A DNA stretch of 32,000 bases from Opitutia bacterium KCR 482 (GCA_029269845.2 CP149973.1:600001-632000); one strand, 5' to 3'. Counted from the stretch's first letter, positions 1 to 8,382 are shown. Numbers and translations are program-made. Notes: a model not told the origin generated them from the sequence alone.

Positions 1-831
1 CACGCGTGGGTGGGCTACATGCAAAAGCCGAACTCGTGGAACTTCGGCGTCGGACGCTACGAGGGCGCGCGCTTTGTGACGGGCAAAACGCTCGACCCGC
101 AGACATGGAAAACAGCGACCGACCACGCGCTCGAATCGCTGCGCGAGGGCTTCCGCAACGGCGCAAAATACAAGGCGTCGGAAATGCACGAGGCGTTCGC
201 AAAGCATTTCTTCGGCAAGGGTGAATTCGCAAAATCGCTCGCGTGCGCAAAGGCGGCGGCAGCCTCCGACCCCCGCAACGCCGACGCGTGGAACACAATC
301 ATCGACTCGCTCGAAAAGCTCGAACGCCCGAACGCTGAAATCTGCGCCGCCTACGAAAGCGCAATGAGGGCGTTCTCGAAATACCCCGACACCGACGCCG
401 ACTTCCGCCGACGCCTCGTAAAAATCTACCGCGATGCAAACAACCCCAACGCCGCGCGGAAACTCTCGACTTCGATTATCCTGAAAAACAAGAGCCTGCG
501 CCCCGACATCGCAATGGAGTTCGCCCGCGCGGAGCTTGAAATAGACATCGCCGACGGCTCGGCGGACAAGCTTGTATCCACATACAAACGCCTGCTTTCG
601 GCGTTCAGAAACGACTCCGCCGTCGCAATCGACGGGATCACGATTCCCATCGTAAACGCGCTCCTGAAAACCGACAAATACCGCGCCGCCCGCGACATTA
701 TGAAGACCACCCGACTTGTCCTGAAGCCCTCGAAAGACAGCCTGATTCTCCCCGTCCTCAACAATATCGACACCCAGCTCGACACAATTATCCCCAAGCT
801 CGACAAGCAGAAGTCGGGCGGCGGCGACTAA
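1..831 (+). CDS. Hypothetical helical-repeat (TPR-like) protein, C-terminal part; 5' end lies outside the window
   Basis: Frame 1 is open from base 1 (HAWVGYMQKP...). The ORF-track start at 10 is a GTG and is probably internal. Stop TAA at 829-831. The sequence is alpha-helical and repeat-like; no family recognised. Confidence 0.6.
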   Translation, partial: HAWVGYMQKPNSWNFGVGRYEGARFVTGKTLDPQTWKTATDHALESLREGFRNGAKYKASEMHEAFAKHFFGKGEFAKSLACAKAAAASDPRNADAWNTIIDSLEKLERPNAEICAAYESAMRAFSKYPDTDADFRRRLVKIYRDANNPNAARKLSTSIILKNKSLRPDIAMEFARAELEIDIADGSADKLVSTYKRLLSAFRNDSAVAIDGITIPIVNALLKTDKYRAARDIMKTTRLVLKPSKDSLILPVLNNIDTQLDTIIPKLDKQKSGGGD

Positions 832-834
832 CCC

Positions 835-862
835 GCGCGACGCGCTTGCCTATGCGTCGCGC
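835..862. repeat. Perfect 9-bp GC-rich hairpin (GCGCGACGC-N10-GCGTCGCGC) directly after the stop codon
   Basis: Read directly: 835-843 is the reverse complement of 854-862. No U-tract follows, so it looks like a REP-like or stabiliser hairpin rather than a canonical terminator. Confidence 0.5.
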
Positions 863-925
863 TTCCACCCTCTGCGCGCATTCCCGCGGCAAAACCAACC
901 CCGCCGAAAAGTCGGATGCGCAAAT

Positions 926-967
926 AAAAAAAGGCGGAATTTAAAATTCCGCCTTTTGCTTTTTTTT
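926..967. terminator. Bidirectional rho-independent terminator between convergent genes
   Basis: A7 (926-932), then stem GGCGGAATTT/AAATTCCGCC (933-953), then TTTTGCTTTTTTTT (954-967). The A-tract and T-tract flanks allow function on both strands. Confidence 0.85.
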
Positions 968-980
968 GAAGCCGCACGCC

Positions 981-2225
981 CTACTTCGCCTGACCGCAGT
1001 CGCCGAATACGCGGGCGACGGCGTTAAGGAAGCCGTACCCGAACTCCTTTGACGGTTCGAGATAGCAACCCTCTGTCCATTCGTTCCACGCGTTGAGCGT
1101 TATGAGCTTGGGCATGCCCGCGCGGATGTTTTCGTCCGCCCATTTTTTTGCGATCCGCAAACCGCGCTCGAAGTCGGCGGGATTCGAGCCTACTATCCGT
1201 TTCGTGTATTCGGGATAGCGCGGGTTATTGTCCCAGCCTACCGAAACGTGCGGGAAATATTGTCCGTCGGGATAGCGCGCGGCGATTTCCCCGTATTTGG
1301 CTGTGCTTAGGTCAACCCACTGCGCGTAGGTTAATTCTGGTTCTGCTTTCGTCTTTTCCGACCACGACTCGCTGACCCAGTTGTATGTCGTAAAAGACTC
1401 GAAGCCGAGATACTTCACTACCTCCGCGGGAGTCGCCGACGGATTGCCCGGAATAGCCCTGTCCTTGCCGACGGAATACTCTTTGGCTGGGCAGTTCAGC
1501 AATAAATGCACGCCCTTAAATCCCGCTTTGACGGCCGCCGAATCGAGATATTCGAGACCCTGCTTCGCCGTTGCGCAACCGCCCATTCCGCGAATGAGGT
1601 TTTTCAAGTCGTACACGGCAAACACGGGCTTTCCCGCAATTTTATAGTAATTGGGTTTCTTGAAATACTCGATGAAGCGCGGAACGAGCTTTTCCACAAA
1701 TTCGCCGTAGGAAACGTCGGCACTCCATACGATTTTCGACTTTTCCCTGCCTCCGACTTTGTTGTTCCAAAGCTTGTCTACGTCGTGGTTCGCCCACATC
1801 AGGTAGAACTTCATGCGCTCGTTGTTGGGGGCTTTAAGGAAGCCGTTGTTGAGCGCGTCTTCGAGGAACGGCCTGCCTCCGTACCAATACCAGTCGTAGA
1901 TAAATACGTTCACGCCCGCGGCGAGGGCGGCGTCGATTTTCCGCGCCACGGCAATCGGGTCGGCTTCGTTTTCGTAGCCCCAAAGAGGCTCTATCGGCTG
2001 TTTGTGTCCCGCGCGCTTCGGTTTTGCCTCGTAGACGTTCTGCCATTCCCCGCAGCCGTGGGCGAATATTCCGAGCTCCCGCCAGCGGGGCGCGGGGTGG
2101 TACGCCGGCCAGACGTACGCCGCAATGTCGTAATTTTCGGAGGATTTGCGGCAGGCTGATTCCGAAACGGAACCGCAACCCGACAGCGCGCAAACCGCGG
2201 ATAACAATATAAGCAATTTTTTCAT
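981..2225 (-). CDS. Exported GH99-like / WbsX-family protein, paralog 1 (lipoprotein)
   Basis: 414-aa ORF. Lipobox signal MKKLLILLSAVCALSG|C. WbsX/GH99-like pattern: WPAYHP, GEWQNV..AKP, GH.QP..PLWGY, DWYWY, MWANHD, NAWNEWTEG. Clear paralog of the next two genes. Confidence 0.8.
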   Translation of the reverse strand: MKKLLILLSAVCALSGCGSVSESACRKSSENYDIAAYVWPAYHPAPRWRELGIFAHGCGEWQNVYEAKPKRAGHKQPIEPLWGYENEADPIAVARKIDAALAAGVNVFIYDWYWYGGRPFLEDALNNGFLKAPNNERMKFYLMWANHDVDKLWNNKVGGREKSKIVWSADVSYGEFVEKLVPRFIEYFKKPNYYKIAGKPVFAVYDLKNLIRGMGGCATAKQGLEYLDSAAVKAGFKGVHLLLNCPAKEYSVGKDRAIPGNPSATPAEVVKYLGFESFTTYNWVSESWSEKTKAEPELTYAQWVDLSTAKYGEIAARYPDGQYFPHVSVGWDNNPRYPEYTKRIVGSNPADFERGLRIAKKWADENIRAGMPKLITLNAWNEWTEGCYLEPSKEFGYGFLNAVARVFGDCGQAK

Positions 2226-2243
2226 ATGTGTATTTGATTGTTT

Positions 2244-3494
2244 TTATTTTTCAATAGCCTGACCGCTTCCGCCGAAGACTCTGGCGGTGGCGTTGAGGAA
2301 GTCGTAGCCGTTTTTGTCGTCGGGCTCAAGCTGGGTGCCCTCCGTCCATTCGTTCCACGAGTTGATGATTAGCAGCTTGGGCATGCCGTCCTGCGGGTTT
2401 TTGTCGAGCCACTTCTTGGTTTCGCGCAGGAAGTGTTCGTAGTCCGTCGGGTTCGAATTTTCGATGACCGTCGTAATCTGCTCTTTCGGGAAGCGCGAGT
2501 TGTTGTCCCAGCCGATTGTCACGTTCGGAACGTAGGCTACGCCGTACAGTGGGCGCATTTTGTCGAACATGGCAAGGCTCTCTTCGCCCCAAGTTTTGTA
2601 CTGCTTGCCCTTTTCGATTTTCGAAAGCGACGGCCAGTTGTAAACCGTGGCGCTGTCGATGCCGAGGTATTTGAACATTTCGGGGAACGTCGATTTTTCC
2701 TGTCCGGGGACGGCGATTGGTTTGCGCCATGCCCAAACGGGCGTTACCATGGTTTGGATATGCACGCCCGCAAAGCCGGCTTTCTTCGCCTCCGCGCGGA
2801 AGAAGTCGAGCGCCTGTTTTGCCTTCTCCATTCCGCCGACTCCCTTGATAAAGTCGTTCGGCAGATAGAGCGAGAACACGGGCTTGTTGTCGATTTTATA
2901 ATAGTTGGGCTTCTTGAAGTATTCGATGAAGCGCGGAACGAGCTTTTCCGTAAATTCGTCGTACGAAACCGCCGCGCTCCAAATTTTTTCCCACTTCGCG
3001 TCGCCGCCAACTTTGTTGTCCCAAAGTTTGTTGACGTCGTGGTTTGCCCACATCAAAAAGAACTTCATGCGCTCGTTGTTGGGGGCTTTCAGGAAGCCGT
3101 TGTTGAGCGCGTCTTCGAGGAACGGACGCCCGCCGTACCAGTACCAGTCGTAGACGAAAACGTTTATGCCCGCCGCGAGCGCGGCGTCGATTTTACGCGC
3201 CACGGAAATCGGGTTTGCCTCGCTTTCGTAGCCCCAGAGCGGAGTGAGGGGTTCGCGGTGTCCGTCGAACTTGGTCTTCGCTTCGTAGACGTTCTGCCAT
3301 TCGCCGTTGCCGTGTTTGAAAATGCCAAGCTCTTTCCAGCGCGACGCGGGGTGGTAGGCGGGCCAAACAATAGCCGCAACGTCGTACTGGTCGGACGCGT
3401 CGGACGTGTTTACCGCGATTTCTTCGGTTTCGGGCGCGGAGGCGCAACCCGCCGCGACCGAAGCAAGTGTGAGTAATATTAGCAAGTCTTTCAT
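2244..3494 (-). CDS. Exported GH99-like / WbsX-family protein, paralog 2 (lipoprotein)
   Basis: 416-aa ORF. Lipobox MKDLLILLTLASVAAG|C. Same motif set as paralog 1. Very close to paralog 3, including a 70-nt identical tract. Confidence 0.8.
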   Translation of the reverse strand: MKDLLILLTLASVAAGCASAPETEEIAVNTSDASDQYDVAAIVWPAYHPASRWKELGIFKHGNGEWQNVYEAKTKFDGHREPLTPLWGYESEANPISVARKIDAALAAGINVFVYDWYWYGGRPFLEDALNNGFLKAPNNERMKFFLMWANHDVNKLWDNKVGGDAKWEKIWSAAVSYDEFTEKLVPRFIEYFKKPNYYKIDNKPVFSLYLPNDFIKGVGGMEKAKQALDFFRAEAKKAGFAGVHIQTMVTPVWAWRKPIAVPGQEKSTFPEMFKYLGIDSATVYNWPSLSKIEKGKQYKTWGEESLAMFDKMRPLYGVAYVPNVTIGWDNNSRFPKEQITTVIENSNPTDYEHFLRETKKWLDKNPQDGMPKLLIINSWNEWTEGTQLEPDDKNGYDFLNATARVFGGSGQAIEK

Positions 3495-3515
3495 ATAGTA
3501 TATTGATAGTATTTC

Positions 3516-4715
3516 TTATTTAGCCTGACCGCTTCCGCCGAAGACTCTGGCGGTGGCGTTGAGGAAGTCGTAGCCGTTTTTGTCGTCGGGTTCGAGCTGG
3601 CTGCCCTCGGTCCATTCGTTCCACGAATTGATAATCATCAGCTTGGGCATGCCCGCCTGCGGATTTTTGTCGAGCCACTTTTTGGATTCGCGCAGGAAGT
3701 GTTCGTAGTCTTTTGCATTCGTGTTTTCGATGACGGTTGTCGTCTCGTTCTTCGGGAAGCGCGAGTTGTTGTCCCAGCCGATTGTCACGTTCGGAACGAA
3801 CGGAACGCCGTAATGTTTCGCCATTTTGTCGAACAACGCAAAGCTCTCTTCGCCCCATGTTTTATACTGCTTTCCCTTTTCGACCCTCGAAAGCGACGGC
3901 CAGTTGTAAACCGTTACGCTGTCGAATCCGATGTATTTGTACATTTCGGGGAATGTGGATTTTTCCTGACCGGGGACGGCAAGCGGCTTTCTCCAAAGCA
4001 GCGACGAGAACGTCTGGAAGTGGATTCCCGCAAAGCCCGCTTTTTTAGCCTCCGCGCGGAAGAAGTCGAGAGCCTGTTTCGCCTTTTCCATTCCGCCCAC
4101 GCCCGTGATGAATTTGTTGGGAACAAAGAACGAGAATACGGGCTTGTTGTCGATTTTATAATAGTTGGGCTTCTTGAAATATTCGATGAAGCGCGGAACG
4201 AGCTTTTCGACAAACTCGTCGTACGAGACTTCGGCAGCCCAAACCTTGTCGTGCTTGCCCTTTTTGCCGATTGTGTTGTCCCAAAGGTGGTCTACGTCGT
4301 GGTTTGCCCACATCAGGTAGAACTTCATGCGCCCGTTGTTGGGAGCTTTCAGGAAGCCGTTGTTGAGCGCGTTTTCAAGAAAGGGTCTGCCTTGGTACCA
4401 GTACCAGTCGTATATGAAAACATTTATGCCCGCCGCGAGTGCTGCGTCGATTTTACGGGCGACTACAATGGGGTCGTCCTCGCGCTCGTAGCCCCAGAGC
4501 GGCGTGAGGGGTTCGCGGTGTCCCTCGAACTTCGTGTGCGCCTCGTAGACGTTCTGCCATTCGCCGTTGCCGTGTTTGAAAATGCCGAGTTCCTGCCAGC
4601 GGGGCGCGGGGTGGTAGGCCGGCCAGACTATCGCCGCCACGTCGTAGCCCGACGCCGCAAGCGCGGACGCCGACGCCGCTATCGAAAAGAGCGCTGATAT
4701 TATTGTTTTTTTCAT
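3516..4715 (-). CDS. Exported GH99-like / WbsX-family protein, paralog 3 (type-I signal peptide, no lipobox Cys)
   Basis: 399-aa ORF. N-terminus MKKTIISALFSIAASASALAAS has no cysteine. Same motif set as the other paralogs. AGGAAA lies 6 nt upstream of the ATG. Confidence 0.8.
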   Translation of the reverse strand: MKKTIISALFSIAASASALAASGYDVAAIVWPAYHPAPRWQELGIFKHGNGEWQNVYEAHTKFEGHREPLTPLWGYEREDDPIVVARKIDAALAAGINVFIYDWYWYQGRPFLENALNNGFLKAPNNGRMKFYLMWANHDVDHLWDNTIGKKGKHDKVWAAEVSYDEFVEKLVPRFIEYFKKPNYYKIDNKPVFSFFVPNKFITGVGGMEKAKQALDFFRAEAKKAGFAGIHFQTFSSLLWRKPLAVPGQEKSTFPEMYKYIGFDSVTVYNWPSLSRVEKGKQYKTWGEESFALFDKMAKHYGVPFVPNVTIGWDNNSRFPKNETTTVIENTNAKDYEHFLRESKKWLDKNPQAGMPKLMIINSWNEWTEGSQLEPDDKNGYDFLNATARVFGGSGQAK

Positions 4716-4757
4716 TCTGTTTCCTTTATTGTTCGATTTTTGTTTGTTGAAAAAATT

Positions 4758-5522
4758 TTATTGCCGCGAAAGAGCTTTGTAGTAGGCGTCGGCGAGAGCC
4801 GCCATGCCCGCGTCGGACGGGTGGCTTGCGACGCCGCTGTGGGCGAATTTTCCCTTTGCGGTCATGCCCTCTTTTTGGGCGATTGCGCAGATGTCCACAA
4901 TCGTTATTCCGTTTTGCCTGGCGAAGTCTTTGAGCTTGTCGTTGAGCTTGCTTGTCGGATACCAGCCCGTGGTGATTACCATCTTCGCCGCGCCGTCGGG
5001 ATTGAGATATTTTACGAGCTTTGCGTAGTACTTGATGAAATCGTGTTTCGCCGCCATTTCCCGCGATACGTTGTCTACGAGCGAAATTACAATCCACTTC
5101 GGCTTGAAGTCGCGAGCCTGCTTGTAGCGCGGCAGGATTTTGTCGGCGTCGACAAAGTTGCGCTCGAAAAACGCGCCCTTTGCAATGCAAAGCGGTATGT
5201 CGGGATTGTCCTTTTTGAGCTTTTCCCAAAGCAGATGGACATAGTCGTTCTCCTTTTTGGACGCAGCCATTCCGCAGTCGGAAAACCAGCCAAGCGCGGG
5301 CGCGGGGGCGTGTTTTGTGAGCGAATGCCCCATGCACAGCAGTCCGCCCGATTTCCCGTTCCCCTCGAAATACACAAGTTGAGGCGCTTTCGCCTGAGCC
5401 GCGCCCGAAACAGTATTGCCGAACTTCGCCGAAATAGTATCGCCGCCGCTTTCCGCCGCCGTCAACGCGCAGGCGGCAAACAACGCCCCCGCAAACATCG
5501 CAAATTTCATACATTTTCCCAT
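4758..5522 (-). CDS. Secreted SGNH/GDSL-like hydrolase (putative carbohydrate esterase)
   Basis: 254-aa ORF with a signal-like N-terminus (MKFAMFAGALFAACALTAAES). GHSL sits where block I GDSL is expected, and the C-terminal SHPSDAGM resembles block V. Alternative start at 5510 (MKF...). First gene of the four-gene minus-strand run, with gaps of 42, 21 and 18 nt. Confidence 0.65.
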   Translation of the reverse strand: MGKCMKFAMFAGALFAACALTAAESGGDTISAKFGNTVSGAAQAKAPQLVYFEGNGKSGGLLCMGHSLTKHAPAPALGWFSDCGMAASKKENDYVHLLWEKLKKDNPDIPLCIAKGAFFERNFVDADKILPRYKQARDFKPKWIVISLVDNVSREMAAKHDFIKYYAKLVKYLNPDGAAKMVITTGWYPTSKLNDKLKDFARQNGITIVDICAIAQKEGMTAKGKFAHSGVASHPSDAGMAALADAYYKALSRQ

Positions 5523-5762
5523 AGATAAAAAATCCGGCGCGGCGGAATTGCCCCGCTATGTGTCTTGTTGAAATACATTGGATTTTTTGCGATTGCTTGC
5601 AAGCCTTTTTGCCGAAAATTTACGCAAATAGTTCAGTGCATGGCGAAAAATTCACTTAAATATTCTCAATCGCCTCGAACATACTCTGTGGAAAAGTCGA
5701 TTATGCTTCGCGAAGATTTTGCGCGTTAAAAAAAGCTCGCAAACGGCGGAGTTGCGGCAAGC

Positions 5763-6248
5763 ATGTCTACCATGAACATTACCCCGATGCGCAAAGACAG
5801 GACAATCACGGAAGAACAAGCCGAGAAAATTCTCGACACTGGCGAATACGGCTTTCTTTCGCTTATCTCAGACGACGAATATCCGTATGGCGTCCCGATT
5901 AACTATGTGAAAGTCGGGCGCGCAATCTACATGCACTGCGCTCCCGAAGGGCGGAAAATCGACTGCGTGAAAAAAAACGCAAACGCTTCGTTTTGCGTCG
6001 TGGGGAACGCAACTGTCTGCCCGCGCCAGTTCTCGCTCGACTATTCGAGCGCGATTGCATTCGGTAAAGTTTCGATTTGCGAAGAGTCCGAAAAGCTCGA
6101 AGCTCTCAGGGAAATCGCCAAGAGGTTTGCGCCGCAATTCATGAAAGAAGCCGATTTCTACATTTCGAAATCAGCGCCGCGCACGACAATTTTGCGTTTC
6201 GACATCGAAGCAGTTTCGGGCAAGGCTAAGCACATAATCGAAAAATAG
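5763..6248 (+). CDS. Pyridoxamine-5'-phosphate-oxidase-fold protein, Nim (5-nitroimidazole reductase-like) family
   Basis: 161 aa. MRKDR..EE...IL..G.YG.L....DEYPYGVP.NY......IYMHCA.EG.K........ASFCV and ..FGK..I....EK.EAL match my recollection of Nim/Pyridox_ox_2 proteins. In-frame alternative starts at 5772 and 5787. Confidence 0.75.
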   Translation: MSTMNITPMRKDRTITEEQAEKILDTGEYGFLSLISDDEYPYGVPINYVKVGRAIYMHCAPEGRKIDCVKKNANASFCVVGNATVCPRQFSLDYSSAIAFGKVSICEESEKLEALREIAKRFAPQFMKEADFYISKSAPRTTILRFDIEAVSGKAKHIIEK

Positions 6249-6435
6249 CGGCGACCTGCAAGCAAGCGCAAATTCCTCGCCGAGCGTCGGCAAATTCGGG
6301 GCGCACCTCCTCCGCGTCTCGACGGCAGAATTTAAGTGCAATTCTCCGTACATCTGTCGAAATCAAACGGTAAAAGCCCAGAGCCAAGCAGTCCTCGAAA
6401 GACCGCCGCTTCATGCGTTGCGGGAATTTCTAAGC

Positions 6436-6467
6436 AAAAAAAACGCGCACCCGCGGGTGCGCGTTTT
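6436..6467. terminator. Rho-independent terminator (strong for the minus-strand GGGtGRT operon, weaker for the plus strand)
   Basis: A8 (6436-6443), then stem ACGCGCACCC/GGGTGCGCGT (6443-6464), then TTTT. On the minus strand the hairpin is followed by U8. Confidence 0.85.
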
Positions 6468-6481
6468 CGGTAAAATGCCGA

Positions 6482-7483
6482 CTATTTCGAAGCTTCTTCA
6501 ACTGCGACTGCAACCGCAACGGTCGCACCGACCATCGGGTTGTTGCCCATGCCGATAAGACCCATCATTTCGACGTGCGCGGGAACGGAAGACGAGCCCG
6601 CGAACTGCGCGTCGCCGTGCATTCTGCCCATGGTGTCGGTCATGCCGTAAGAAGCGGGGCCCGCGCCCATGTTGTCGGGGTGGAGGGTTCTGCCCGTGCC
6701 GCCGCCCGAAGCCACGGAGAAGTATTTCTTGCCGTGTTCGATTGCCCACTTTTTGTAGGTGCCCGCTACGGGGTGCTGGAAGCGTGTCGGGTTTGTCGAG
6801 TTGCCTGTAATGGAAACGTCGACGCCTTCCTTTATCATGATTGCCACGCCTTCGGAGACGTCGTCCGCGCCATAGACGCGAACCTTCGCCTTGTCGCCCT
6901 TCGAGAAAGCCGTTTCCTTCGTGATTTTGAGTTCGCCCGTGTAATAGTCGTACTCTGTTTCGACGTGCGTGAAGCCGTTGATGCGCGAGATGATGTACGC
7001 GGCGTCTTTGCCCAAGCCGTTGAGGATAACGCGCAGGGGTTCTTTGCGAACCTTGTTGGCGGTCTTTGCGATGCCGATTGCGCCTTCCGCAGCCGCGAAC
7101 GATTCGTGGCCTGCGAGGAAGCAGAAGCACTTTGTTTCTTCGCGCAGGAGCATTGCGCCGAGGTTGCCGTGCCCGAGACCTACGTCGCGGCTGTCGGCGA
7201 CGGAGCCGGGAATGCAGAACGCTTGGAGCCCGATACCGATGTTTTCGGCGGCTTCGGCTGCGTTCTTGCTGCCCTTTTTGAGGGCGATTGCCGCGCCGAG
7301 AGTATAAGCCCAAACAGCGTTTTCGAACGCGATGGGCTGAATGCCCTTGACGATGGCGTCAACGTTGATGCCCTTGGAATCGCAAAGAGCCTTGGCTTCT
7401 TCGAGACCCGACAAACCGTATTCGGCGCATACTTTGTTGATTTTTTCTATGCGTCTTTCATAACTTTCGAATGTGATAGCCAT
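6482..7483 (-). CDS. GGGtGRT-family protein (function unknown)
   Basis: 333 aa. The literal GGGTGRT motif is at aa 260-266 (nt 6686-6706; verified codons GGC GGC GGC ACG GGC AGA ACC). Gly-rich C-terminal region. Lies 12 nt downstream of the NifU-like gene. Confidence 0.85.
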   Translation of the reverse strand: MAITFESYERRIEKINKVCAEYGLSGLEEAKALCDSKGINVDAIVKGIQPIAFENAVWAYTLGAAIALKKGSKNAAEAAENIGIGLQAFCIPGSVADSRDVGLGHGNLGAMLLREETKCFCFLAGHESFAAAEGAIGIAKTANKVRKEPLRVILNGLGKDAAYIISRINGFTHVETEYDYYTGELKITKETAFSKGDKAKVRVYGADDVSEGVAIMIKEGVDVSITGNSTNPTRFQHPVAGTYKKWAIEHGKKYFSVASGGGTGRTLHPDNMGAGPASYGMTDTMGRMHGDAQFAGSSSVPAHVEMMGLIGMGNNPMVGATVAVAVAVEEASK

Positions 7484-7495
7484 TGTAAAAACTCC

Positions 7496-8203
7496 TTATT
7501 CTTTGCGGGGGTCGATGGTTTTTGCGGCGTCTTCGAAACGTCCCTTTGTGGAGGTGAATTTCTTGAAAGCTTCGCCTGCGTCCATGCCGTTGCGAATGGC
7601 TTCGAGCATTTTTCCGACATGCACGGTCTTGTAGCCGATTACCTCGTTGTTTTCGTCGAGAGCCTGTTCGAGAACGTAGCCTTCGGCGAGTTCGAGGTAG
7701 CGCGGCCCCTTGACTTCCGTCGAGAACATCGTGCCGACCTGCGAACGCAGACCCTTGCCCAAGTCTTCGAGACCCGCGCCGATGGGGAGACCGCCTTCCG
7801 AGAAAGCCGTCTGGGTGCGTCCGTAGATGATTTGGAGGAAAAGTTCGCGCATGGCGACGTTGATTGCGTCGCAAACGAGGTCGGAATTAACGGCTTCGAG
7901 AACGGTTTTGCCAGGGAGGACTTCCGCCGCCATAGCCGCCGAGTGCGTCATGCCCGAGCAGCCGATTGTTTCGACGAGGGCTTCCTTGATTACGCCGTCC
8001 TTGACATTGAGCGTGAGCTTGCACGCGCCCTGTTGGGGAGCGCACCAACCGACGCCGTGCGTGAGGCCGCTGATGTCGCTAATTTGCTTGGACTTTACCC
8101 ATTTGCCTTCTTCCGGAATGGGAGCGGGTCCGTGTTTTGCACCTTTTGCAACGCAGCACATTTGCTGTACTTCGTGCGAGCAGTTGTTATTTGGACAACT
8201 CAT
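7496..8203 (-). CDS. NifU/IscU-N-like iron-sulfur scaffold-type protein with Cys-rich N-terminus and C-terminal extension
   Basis: 235 aa. The core GWCAPQQGACKLTLNVKDGVIKEALVETIGCSGMTHSAAMAAEVLPGKTVLEA resembles the IscU/NifU N-domain. N-terminus is MSCPNNNCSHEVQQMCC. AGGAAA lies upstream of the ATG. Confidence 0.75.
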   Translation of the reverse strand: MSCPNNNCSHEVQQMCCVAKGAKHGPAPIPEEGKWVKSKQISDISGLTHGVGWCAPQQGACKLTLNVKDGVIKEALVETIGCSGMTHSAAMAAEVLPGKTVLEAVNSDLVCDAINVAMRELFLQIIYGRTQTAFSEGGLPIGAGLEDLGKGLRSQVGTMFSTEVKGPRYLELAEGYVLEQALDENNEVIGYKTVHVGKMLEAIRNGMDAGEAFKKFTSTKGRFEDAAKTIDPRKE

Positions 8204-8253
8204 ATTTGTTTCCTGTTATATAATTACGTTGTTTTGCTAAAAAAACTGCGTGG

Positions 8254-8282
8254 AGATTCGCACACTTTGCGCATATTGTCAA
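8254..8282 (-). promoter_or_regulatory. Candidate sigma70-type promoter for the NifU-like/GGGtGRT operon
   Basis: Minus strand reads TTGACA (8277-8282), a 17-nt spacer ending in TGc, then GAATCT (8254-8259). The -35 is perfect, the -10 is poor but has an extended TG. About 45 nt upstream of the ATG. Confidence 0.35.
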
Positions 8283-8305
8283 CGCATTCATAAAATTTTT
8301 TCGCC

Positions 8306-8320
8306 GCAAAAAAAACGCCA
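8306..8320 (-). promoter_or_regulatory. Candidate sigma54 (-24/-12) promoter element
   Basis: Minus strand reads TGGCGTTTTTTTTGC. GG and GC have the exact GG-N10-GC spacing, and TTGC sits at -12. The match depends partly on a T8 run, so it could be chance. Confidence 0.25.
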
Positions 8321-8348
8321 AGCCCGACACGCAAACTTGGACGAAATT

Positions 8349-8382
8349 GAAAAGCGGCAACGACGTATGCCCTCCGCTTTTC
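8349..8382 (-). terminator. Candidate terminator hairpin for the upstream glycosidase operon
   Basis: GAAAAGCGG (8349-8357) is the reverse complement of CCGCTTTTC (8374-8382), with a 16-nt loop. A/U tracts lie within and after the stem on both strands. Confidence 0.35.

Noticed and set aside
4726-5528. Two alternative 262-aa ORFs (4726..5514 - and 4740..5528 +) overlapping the SGNH-like gene.
   Set aside because: Their translations are Arg/Gly-rich and low-complexity. The 4758..5522 frame has a signal peptide and SGNH-like blocks and is the only one with protein-like composition.
6226-6414. A 62-aa minus-strand ORF in the gap between the nim-like gene and the terminator.
   Set aside because: It overlaps the 3' end of the nim-like CDS and lies downstream of a strong minus-strand terminator with no promoter of its own. 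The sequence is unremarkable and Arg-rich. The ~190-nt gap is more simply a long 3' UTR or decayed DNA.
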